A DNA stretch of 32,000 nt, taken from Ruminococcus albus 7 = DSM 20455 (GTDB lineage: Bacteria; Bacillota; Clostridia; Oscillospirales; Ruminococcaceae). The notes under the pieces are model-generated. The model saw only the letters and a program-made list of their open reading frames with translations, was not told the DNA's origin and searched no databases. Shown one piece after another: positions 1-7,317 of this stretch (the first letter of the stretch is position 1; each line of letters begins with the position of its first letter). The stretch covers positions 210,001 through 242,000 of the forward strand of contig NC_014825.1 in assembly GCF_000179635.2 (NCBI RefSeq). Direction: 5' to 3'. Position numbers and translations under genes: made by a program.

Positions 1-3000
1 TTGTCGTTCAGATACTGCGTTTTCATCAACATATCCTCCGACTTCTGCGCGGCAGTCGTCTGAACGCCTGCAACATTCGACATTTTTGTTGCGACAAAGC
101 AGTTTTTGTAGTAATGCGCCTCATCGCAGACAAGATAATCGAAACCGAGCTTTTCAAAACACAGGCTGTTATCCTTTTTAGATGACATCAGCTTTTCAAG
201 ATGCTCCTCCAGCTTCTTTTTCTGACGCTCCAGTGCCTTAACGGAAATTCTGTCAGAACTATCCACTTCTTCAAGCGCAGCCATCAGTTCATCAAGCTCG
301 CGCTCCATAAACTGCTGCCGGTACTCGGTGGACATAGGTATTCTTTCAAACTGATTGAACGACATAATGACAGCATCATAGTCGCCCGTGACACACCTTG
401 CAATAAACCGCTGTCGGTTTTCCTTTGTGAAATCCTCGGGTCGGGCAACAAGCAGTTTTGCGTTAGGATACAAACGTATCCATTCGCTCGCCATCTGTAA
501 AGTCAAGTGCTTCGGCACTACCACGCAGGCTTTTGAGATAAGACCAAGCCTTTTCTTTTCCATAGTGATAGCGACCATTTCAAAGCTCTTTCCGGCACCA
601 ACACAGTGAGCCAAAAGCGTATTGCCGCCCAGCTTACCACGCATAATAGCATTGTTCTGATGCGGACGCATCTGTATCGCGGGGTTCTTTCCGGGGTAGG
701 TCTGATGTGAACCATCATACTCTCTGCCCCTGATAGCGTTGAAAAGATTATTGTATCGCTCAACATATTTTTCACGCCTATCCATATTCTCCCAAAGCCA
801 AGTTCTGAACGCTTCCTTGATGACACGAGCCTTGTCCTTTGCAAGCTGTGTTTCCTTCGCATTGATCTCATACCAGACTCGCCCGTCCTCCTCTCGCTTA
901 TCACGGACAACAATATCGCGCTGATTGAGCAAGTTCTCCAGAATATGATAACTGCTCATACGGCTTGTACCGTAAGTCTGCGTTGCCGCTACCGACCTGT
1001 CCTGATACCTGCCGTCGATCTTGTATTCGCCCATTCGGGTTCGGGTGATCGGGTGCGAATAAATATCTCCTTTGAGGACCTCCCGCATAAAACGGTTATA
1101 GTCCTCAACATCGACCCAGTTTGCACCGATCCTTACGGATATTTCCGACGCTTCGAGGTCTTTTGGAACAACCGCTTTCAGGGCTTCTACATTACGCTCA
1201 AAGCTGCTGTCGATATGCTTTGAATATTCCTCGGCAATCCTCAGCTTTTCACGGACGTTACCCGAAAGATACTCGCTTGCGTCTTCGTATCCCGAAAGAG
1301 GATCATTGTCCTTTACCTTTTGAGGATTTCTGTAAATATCCGTTCCAAGTTCCGAAATTATCTCGTCAGGCTCAACGCCTACAAGTTCAGCCATAAATGC
1401 AATATCCACTTTACCCTTTCGGTCAATGGATATTTGCAATGCCTCCTGCGGTGTTTCGCACGATACGATTTCCACCTCCGGCATTATCGTGCGCTTTGAA
1501 AATATCTCCGCTTTCTCCACCGTCTTTTTCTCGGTGTCCACTATTTCAAGAGCCGCCAAAGTATTGTAATCATCATCATGCTGAAATACTCTTTCGTTGG
1601 CACGGTCTGTAATTGCTCCGTATGCTCTCTTGAAGCGGTCATAGGTATAGTTGAGTTCCGCTTGCAGCTTTTTCAGTTCAGCATCATCGCAGCCCCTTGC
1701 CTGTGCATCAATTACCGCCATAGCCTTTTGACGTATCTGGTGCATACCCATCATTCTGTCGAGGGTCTTGCCGGTTTCCTGCACAGCGATCATAATCTCG
1801 TTTTCTCTGAAAAACAGCTTGCCGTTGACAACAGTGTGGGTGTAATTTCTTACGGTCGGGTCGGCGGGAATAATTTCAATATCCTTCTTGCCTTCCTCGA
1901 CGATTTTCACCGTTTCGATCTTACCCTTGATTTTTGATATAGCCGCCTGTAACTGCTCGGACAGGGGCTTGCTATCGTCCGGAATACAAGTAGTGACACG
2001 GCTGTCATCGCCGTACTTACCCTTCATGCGCTCGTCCCAAGCCATAGTTCCGAGCACCATGTCAGGGTTATCGACAAAATACTGATTGCAGGGTATGCCG
2101 TCCGCTGTTTGTCCGAAATGTACCCATGAGGGTATCTCTACCGTCAGCGTTTCACGCTTCTGGAAGAACAGAATATCCGTTGTGGTCTCCGTGCCTGCGT
2201 TCTTTTTGAAAGCATTGTTCGGCAGTCGCACTGCGCCTAAAAGGTCACAGCGTTCTGCAAGATGACGGCGAGCTTTATCGTTTATCTTGTCCATTGTGAA
2301 CTTCGATGTTACGATAGCGACCACGCCGCCGGGTTTTACTTTGTCAATGCTCTTTACGGCAAAATAGTCATGTATCTTCAAGCCGAGTTTGTCATAAGCC
2401 TTGTCAGATACCCTATAATCACCGAACGGGACGTTACCAATAACAACGTCAAATGAATTGTTATTAAATCGGGTCTTTTCAAATCCGGTGATCTGTATTC
2501 TGTCCTCGGGGTTCAGAAGCTGTGCTATTCGACCCGAAATGCTGTCCAGCTCCACACCGTACAGCTTAGAACTATCTCTTATGTCATCGGGCATTTTAGC
2601 AAAGAAATTGCCGACACCCATTGACGGTTCAAGGATATTGCCACCCTCGAAGCCGAGCTGTCTGAGAGCCTGAAATACGCCGTCCGTCACTTCCGGGGGC
2701 GTGTAAAAGCTTGTAAGCGTTGACTCCCTCGCCGCCTTGTATTCATCATCCGAAAGCAGCGACCGCAGCTCCTGCTGTTCCTCCTCCCAGCCCGTCGGTG
2801 CGGCATCGCCCAGGTTGCCACCGATACTGTCCGCAGCAAGATCGGTCACGAACGCTTGTGGAATACCGCCCCAGCCGACGTATCCGGCAAGTATAGACTG
2901 TTCCTCGGGCGTTGCATAGCGGTTCTCGGCTTCTATCTTTTGAAGCGTTTTTATAGCTTCGATATTTGCCTTGAATTTCGATTTTGCGCCACCCTGAACA

Positions 3001-6000
3001 ATATCGCCCTCGTTGAAATGGTAAGTGATAGGTGTGCCGCTTTTAGGAACTACGGGGACAGCGGTTATTCTTTCGGGCGCATTTACAGCCACCTTTTTTG
3101 GCTCTGTTTCTGTCGGTGTTTCTTCTGCTCTTTCTGCCACAGGTGCTTCATCGACCTCGGTGTAGTCAACGTCAATAACCTCAGCGGCTTCATTAGGAAG
3201 ATTTGCGAAAATATCCGCTTTCAGCTGTGCCAGTTCCCGAGGAATATCAAGGCTCACGTCCATATCGACCAGCGCCATGAAGTGGTTGTAGTCCTCCACC
3301 TCGGCAAGTGCGTTGCTTGTTGTAGCCAGTATCTCCGCCGCAGCGGTCAGCAGGCTCATGCTTTCTTCCATCTCCCATACGCCGCCGTCGGTAAGCGTGA
3401 GATCGGGGGCATAAACAGAATACGAAATACCCTCATCGGTCTGGTGCAGTTCTATGAATGATTCATCACGAATATCCATATATACTGCCTGCTCCTGCTC
3501 TGCCGCCTGTCCAGTTATCTCGACCGGGATACCCATATCCTGCGCCCGCTGTATGAGCTTTTCTACGGGCTTCTGCTCAACGGCAGTAACGCCCTCAGCA
3601 ACGATACCCTGTTCACCAAGAAATTGAAGTGCTTCATGATAACGTCTGCGCTCGTATTCCTTTTCAAAGCTATCGTAGCTGTCCGGGTCATAGTCCTGAA
3701 CTATGCGCTTGCAGTCATGAATTTTACTGTCAATATCCTTTTGAGTAATATATTTACCCTCGGATACAAGCCGTGAAATGCGCTCTACGACTTCATTCCA
3801 CTTCATAAGGGTCTTAGCGTCCGGTGTGCCTATTTTTTCGCCGCGCACATAAGCGATACCCTTAGAATCGTGCCATTCATCACCTCCGCGCCTCGAACCG
3901 CCGCCCGTGCCGTACTCATTTTTGAGGAACTTAATCTGCTCGGGCAGGGTGTGAGACTCCTTGAAGTATTTTTGTATCCTGAACTTACCGTCCGAATAGC
4001 CACTGCCAAGTCCAAGCAGAGCGTCTTTCTCTCTTTCGGAAATGAAATAGTGACCCTTGAAAGCAAAATCGGGTTTTGTGACAAACTGCCTGCGCTCTAT
4101 TTGTAAGTCTTTCAGACGATACAAAAGTTCTTTCGGCTTATGGAAGTGGAAACGCAGAATATCCCTGTTTTGCTCATAATCGTTCACAAGCTGTGTAAGC
4201 CCGTCTATGTATGATTGCAGGGTATCCTTGTCCAGCAGTGCGATTTTTATTCTCTCGGTGCTTTCAGGGAAACCGCCCTTGAACATATCTTTCGGAATAA
4301 AATACTCGTAATTGTCGTAATCAATATCCTGATGCAGATACCAAAGCCTGTCGGCTATATCCTTTATCTCCTTTTCGGCTGCACCGTCAATAATATCCTG
4401 CGAACAGAACTCGCCGTTTTCAAGAAGATCATTTATACGCCTTGCGGCTATGAGCCAGGGTATCTTTGAGTTCGGGATACCGTTTTCATCAACATTATCC
4501 CCAAGAGTTATCTTAATTCCGAAATCATCGAACCACGATGATATATGTGCTGTCTTTGAAAAATCGGGCGTATTGTAGATATATCCGCGCCCATCATTAC
4601 CGAACTCCTTACGCAAAAATTCGGAGTTTTCCTCGTCCGTCTTTCCCTTTTGGAACTGTGCCACTATCCTTGAAAGCGATCCACGCTCAGGACTGCCGCA
4701 GCGAAGAACATAATATATCATGTCATTGCTTATAGCCCTGATCGACGTGTCAACATTGAGCAATTTCTTCGGTTCTTTTTCCTGCGACTTCTTCTTGGCA
4801 GTCTTTACTGGCTCCGGCTCCCCGAAGAACGAAAGCTGCTCCGCACCTTCGTTATCATCTCTGTCAAAATCATTGACGGGCGCAGGAGTATCTATATCTT
4901 CATCGGATATTTCTTCCTCTGTTTCGTCCTCAGCTTCAAATTCCTCTGTCAGTTCCTCGAAATCGTCAATATCTTCCTCGGGCTCGGGATATTTCTTTTC
5001 TTCGGTCGGCTCTGCAAAAATCGGCTCATCTATCTCCGATACAGCGGTATTAATCAGCAGCCCGCGCTCAACCATATCAGCATAAAAGCTCTGTACCAGA
5101 TCCCAGCTAAAGCCTGACTCCATAGTGCGGGTGAGAAAACTGCCTTTCCAGATGTGGATACCCTCGTCATACGTCTTGTAGCCATAGCGAGTATCTTCGT
5201 TATCGCCCAGTAACAGTTCCGAGTAGTCGGAATTGAATATCTGCTTAACAAAAGCCACACGCTCATCATGGTCGGTGTTGTTCTCGAAAAATGCCGCTAT
5301 CTGATCTCTTTTTATAGCAAAGAACTGGTCATTCCGCAGTATCCCGAAGATTATATTTTCATCGGTAATGGGCGGCAATTCAGTTGTAATAACAGCTTCG
5401 TTCTTGACGATAACTGTATCGTCCTGCGGTTGATTATCGATTATGCTTTCGACTTCTTCCTCAGTCGGTTCGGATAAATCTACTTCGGGAACTTCCTCCG
5501 GAGGGGTTATATCCTCGACTATCTCTGTCGGGAATACCGGCTCCATATTGGTCGGTATCTCTATGCCCGCATAAGGACTTGTAGCAGGCTCGGCAACCGT
5601 CACTTCGGGCGGCTGCTCTGTTTTGACCTGCTCCTGCTCACGCATACGGAGTGCGTTTTCAATGAGGAGAATTATCTCCGCCTGCTGTCTTTCGGAATAC
5701 TTGTATGCTTCGTGTTTCCTGAAAAACTCTACAATATTTACATCGGTATCAAGGAAATCCGCAAGAAAACGCCCTGCTATTTCATAGCTATCAGGGCGGC
5801 GGTTGAAGTCGCTCTGAAGATAACGCTGGATAAGGGCATCGGCTGTCAGCTTCTCAGCTGATACACTATCTCCTCCATTATCCGGTGTTCTATCGTCAGA
5901 AGTCTTGTTTTCTCCCACGCCTGCATTTCGCTGAATGTCACGGGGCGAGGGTTCTCTTTTCGGTAGAGTGCGTCCAGCTCTTTGAAGCGGCTCTCTGCCA

Positions 6001-6926
6001 GTCTGTCTATCTCCCTCGGAATTATGTTCCACCTGCCCGTTACTATCAGCACCGTCACCTCGGTCGGGTACTCCGTGCGCACCCAATCCTGCCACATTCT
6101 GCCCCACCTGCCTATCGGGGTTTTCAGCAGTTCTATCTCCTGCGGATTGCCGCTGTATGCTACCTCTGCTAACATCTGTCCGGTCGGGCTTTGTCTGTAA
6201 TTCATGCTCTTTTTCTCTCCTTCGTCTTAAAATCTGTATGACCTCGCGCTCTATTTCAAGCAGGCTGTCCTTAGCCGACCTCTGCACCAAATCGCAGAAG
6301 CGGATAACGTCACGGGTGTCCTTGAAATAATCAGCGGCATTGAGGTTTATGTTCCCCGAAAGCGGCATACCGCCGTTCTGCTCGCAGCGATTTGCAATTA
6401 CGAAGCGAACTGCCGACACGACAGAACGCTGATAATCTGCAACAGCTTCCTGCGGCATATCTATCTGCGAAATAGTGTACTGCATTTCCGAGTTATGAGC
6501 CTTGATGTTATCCACGGCAACAGCGGCAAGAGCTTCATGAATATCTCTGCACTCCCTGCCGTATTTTTCCGAGATAACATCAACAAGCTCTCCTGCTACA
6601 TCTTCTGTCAACTGCCAGCCGTTCGGAACAGGCTTGCCGTTAGTCTGTGAGATGTCAAACAGGTGTCTGCACCTATCACCCTCGCCGAATACTGCAATAC
6701 TGTGTGCGCCCCTGTTTACAAATCTGCCGAGCTTGTTCCATGTTTCAAGCTCCGCGACTTTTGTGGCGTTAGGGTCATGGTAGAACACAAGTGCCGCGTC
6801 GGGAAATCCCATCTTATAGAGAGAAGCCGAAAAACGCAGGAAACGAGCTAAAGTCTGCTTGTCCCGTCTTAGCCTTTCGGTCACTTCCGACCAGTTGTAG
6901 CATACGCTTTGATACCGATTATTCAA
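1..6926 (-). CDS. Giant polyvalent conjugative-element protein, 3' end beyond window (about 2308 codons here): ArdC-N-like domain, three paralogous LPD-like modules, N6-adenine DNA methyltransferase, SNF2/DEAD-type helicase (first motifs only)
   Basis: Own translation of the minus frame with codon first bases = 2 mod 3. The frame is open from TAA 6957-6959 down to base 1. TTG 6926-6924 follows GAAAGGAGA by 9 nt. The N-terminus (FPDAALVFYHDPNATKVAELETWNKLGRFVNRGAHSIAVF) resembles the ArdC N-terminal ssDNA-binding domain. MTase motif I ILEPSMGVGNFF (2601-2636) and motif IV GNVPFGD (2418-2438), helicase motif I AHCVGAGKS (585-611) and motif II CDEAHY (111-128) are all in the same frame. The track lists no long minus ORF in this frame, as expected for an ORF with no stop inside the window. 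Confidence 0.85.
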   Translation of the reverse strand, partial: MNNRYQSVCYNWSEVTERLRRDKQTLARFLRFSASLYKMGFPDAALVFYHDPNATKVAELETWNKLGRFVNRGAHSIAVFGEGDRCRHLFDISQTNGKPVPNGWQLTEDVAGELVDVISEKYGRECRDIHEALAAVAVDNIKAHNSEMQYTISQIDMPQEAVADYQRSVVSAVRFVIANRCEQNGGMPLSGNINLNAADYFKDTRDVIRFCDLVQRSAKDSLLEIEREVIQILRRRREKEHELQTKPDRTDVSRGSIQRQSAGDRTAENPDRQVGQNVAGLGAHGVPDRGDGADSNGQVEHNSEGDRQTGREPLQRAGRTLPKREPSPRDIQRNAGVGENKTSDDRTPDNGGDSVSAEKLTADALIQRYLQSDFNRRPDSYEIAGRFLADFLDTDVNIVEFFRKHEAYKYSERQQAEIILLIENALRMREQEQVKTEQPPEVTVAEPATSPYAGIEIPTNMEPVFPTEIVEDITPPEEVPEVDLSEPTEEEVESIIDNQPQDDTVIVKNEAVITTELPPITDENIIFGILRNDQFFAIKRDQIAAFFENNTDHDERVAFVKQIFNSDYSELLLGDNEDTRYGYKTYDEGIHIWKGSFLTRTMESGFSWDLVQSFYADMVERGLLINTAVSEIDEPIFAEPTEEKKYPEPEEDIDDFEELTEEFEAEDETEEEISDEDIDTPAPVNDFDRDDNEGAEQLSFFGEPEPVKTAKKKSQEKEPKKLLNVDTSIRAISNDMIYYVLRCGSPERGSLSRIVAQFQKGKTDEENSEFLRKEFGNDGRGYIYNTPDFSKTAHISSWFDDFGIKITLGDNVDENGIPNSKIPWLIAARRINDLLENGEFCSQDIIDGAAEKEIKDIADRLWYLHQDIDYDNYEYFIPKDMFKGGFPESTERIKIALLDKDTLQSYIDGLTQLVNDYEQNRDILRFHFHKPKELLYRLKDLQIERRQFVTKPDFAFKGHYFISEREKDALLGLGSGYSDGKFRIQKYFKESHTLPEQIKFLKNEYGTGGGSRRGGDEWHDSKGIAYVRGEKIGTPDAKTLMKWNEVVERISRLVSEGKYITQKDIDSKIHDCKRIVQDYDPDSYDSFEKEYERRRYHEALQFLGEQGIVAEGVTAVEQKPVEKLIQRAQDMGIPVEITGQAAEQEQAVYMDIRDESFIELHQTDEGISYSVYAPDLTLTDGGVWEMEESMSLLTAAAEILATTSNALAEVEDYNHFMALVDMDVSLDIPRELAQLKADIFANLPNEAAEVIDVDYTEVDEAPVAERAEETPTETEPKKVAVNAPERITAVPVVPKSGTPITYHFNEGDIVQGGAKSKFKANIEAIKTLQKIEAENRYATPEEQSILAGYVGWGGIPQAFVTDLAADSIGGNLGDAAPTGWEEEQQELRSLLSDDEYKAARESTLTSFYTPPEVTDGVFQALRQLGFEGGNILEPSMGVGNFFAKMPDDIRDSSKLYGVELDSISGRIAQLLNPEDRIQITGFEKTRFNNNSFDVVIGNVPFGDYRVSDKAYDKLGLKIHDYFAVKSIDKVKPGGVVAIVTSKFTMDKINDKARRHLAERCDLLGAVRLPNNAFKKNAGTETTTDILFFQKRETLTVEIPSWVHFGQTADGIPCNQYFVDNPDMVLGTMAWDERMKGKYGDDSRVTTCIPDDSKPLSEQLQAAISKIKGKIETVKIVEEGKKDIEIIPADPTVRNYTHTVVNGKLFFRENEIMIAVQETGKTLDRMMGMHQIRQKAMAVIDAQARGCDDAELKKLQAELNYTYDRFKRAYGAITDRANERVFQHDDDYNTLAALEIVDTEKKTVEKAEIFSKRTIMPEVEIVSCETPQEALQISIDRKGKVDIAFMAELVGVEPDEIISELGTDIYRNPQKVKDNDPLSGYEDASEYLSGNVREKLRIAEEYSKHIDSSFERNVEALKAVVPKDLEASEISVRIGANWVDVEDYNRFMREVLKGDIYSHPITRTRMGEYKIDGRYQDRSVAATQTYGTSRMSSYHILENLLNQRDIVVRDKREEDGRVWYEINAKETQLAKDKARVIKEAFRTWLWENMDRREKYVERYNNLFNAIRGREYDGSHQTYPGKNPAIQMRPHQNNAIMRGKLGGNTLLAHCVGAGKSFEMVAITMEKKRLGLISKACVVVPKHLTLQMASEWIRLYPNAKLLVARPEDFTKENRQRFIARCVTGDYDAVIMSFNQFERIPMSTEYRQQFMERELDELMAALEEVDSSDRISVKALERQKKKLEEHLEKLMSSKKDNSLCFEKLGFDYLVCDEAHYYKNCFVATKMSNVAGVQTTAAQKSEDMLMKTQYLND
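5846..6205 (-). CDS. tnpV: TnpV-family small protein (119 aa), nested out of frame inside the giant ORF
   Basis: Track ORF. GAAGGAGAG ends 9 nt before ATG 6205, and there is an in-frame TAA 24 nt upstream of the ATG. PIGRWGRMWQDWVRTEYP..VTGRW..REIDRLAESRF..HRIMEEIVYQL follows the TnpV pattern (GkyGRM..YLkehrP..sGkL..eID..aEEii..Eliy) as I recall it from Tn4451-type elements. Confidence 0.6.
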   Translation of the reverse strand: MNYRQSPTGQMLAEVAYSGNPQEIELLKTPIGRWGRMWQDWVRTEYPTEVTVLIVTGRWNIIPREIDRLAESRFKELDALYRKENPRPVTFSEMQAWEKTRLLTIEHRIMEEIVYQLRS

Positions 6927-6971
6927 TATTAGTTGTCTCCTTTCTCGCTCCTGCGCTTATATTTCAGTTAA

Positions 6972-7178
6972 TCAGGAATATATCCTGTCAAAATCGGGAA
7001 TGTCGGCGCAAGTATCGCTGTCCTCATCGTACATGACACAGCGCTTGCAGCCGCCCGCCATCTCCCCGTCATTCCAGCCGTCATCGTAGCCACTGTTCTT
7101 GCCAAGCTTATAGGCTATAGTGAGCGCAGCCGTGTTTACTGCTATACAAATAAGTGTTTTTATGACATTCTTTCTCAT
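6972..7178 (-). CDS. Small membrane-anchored protein (68 aa), unknown function
   Basis: Track ORF. GAGGAGG lies 8 nt before the ATG. N-terminal hydrophobic helix IKTLICIAVNTAALTIAY, acidic C-terminus with 3 Cys. Same strand and spacing as the operon. Confidence 0.55.
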   Translation of the reverse strand: MRKNVIKTLICIAVNTAALTIAYKLGKNSGYDDGWNDGEMAGGCKRCVMYDEDSDTCADIPDFDRIYS

Positions 7179-7207
7179 AATATCGTCCTCCTCGAATTTT
7201 TGGTTCC

Positions 7208-7240
7208 CTGTATGATTTTATTATTTTCGCTGTATGATTT
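7208..7240. repeat. Two exact copies of CTGTATGATTT spaced 22 bp apart (7208-7218, 7230-7240) in the topB/small-gene intergenic region
   Basis: Read directly from the sequence. The spacing equals two helical turns. Confidence 0.6.
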
Positions 7241-7296
7241 CCGAATACCTATTGACTTAAAAAGCCTGATGAGGTAAAATAGATATGTGGGATAAC

Positions 7297-7310
7297 GTAC
7301 CCGAAGGTAC
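7297..7310 (-). other. GUACC-UUCG-GGUAC hairpin (C(UUCG)G tetraloop) 7 nt after the topB stop on the minus-strand RNA
   Basis: Plus strand reads gtacc cgaa ggtac, so the minus strand gives a UUCG loop closed by C-G. No U-tract follows. Confidence 0.45.
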
Positions 7311-7317
7311 ATCATCA

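Noticed and set aside
518-913. Minus-strand alternative-frame ORFs inside the giant gene (518-913, 3830-4084, 5054-5269), considered as possible further nested genes like tnpV.
   Set aside because: Unlike the tnpV-like ORF, they have no SD and no recognisable family pattern, and their translations look like off-frame noise (for example MMSVWLLLSRYSIPTTRNCYWAITK...).
7252-7280. Plus-strand TTGACT-17-TAAAAT promoter-like motif, considered as a stand-alone feature call.
   Set aside because: There is no plus-strand gene downstream, and AT-rich intergenic DNA gives such matches by chance. I kept it only as a low-weight note within the intergenic finding.
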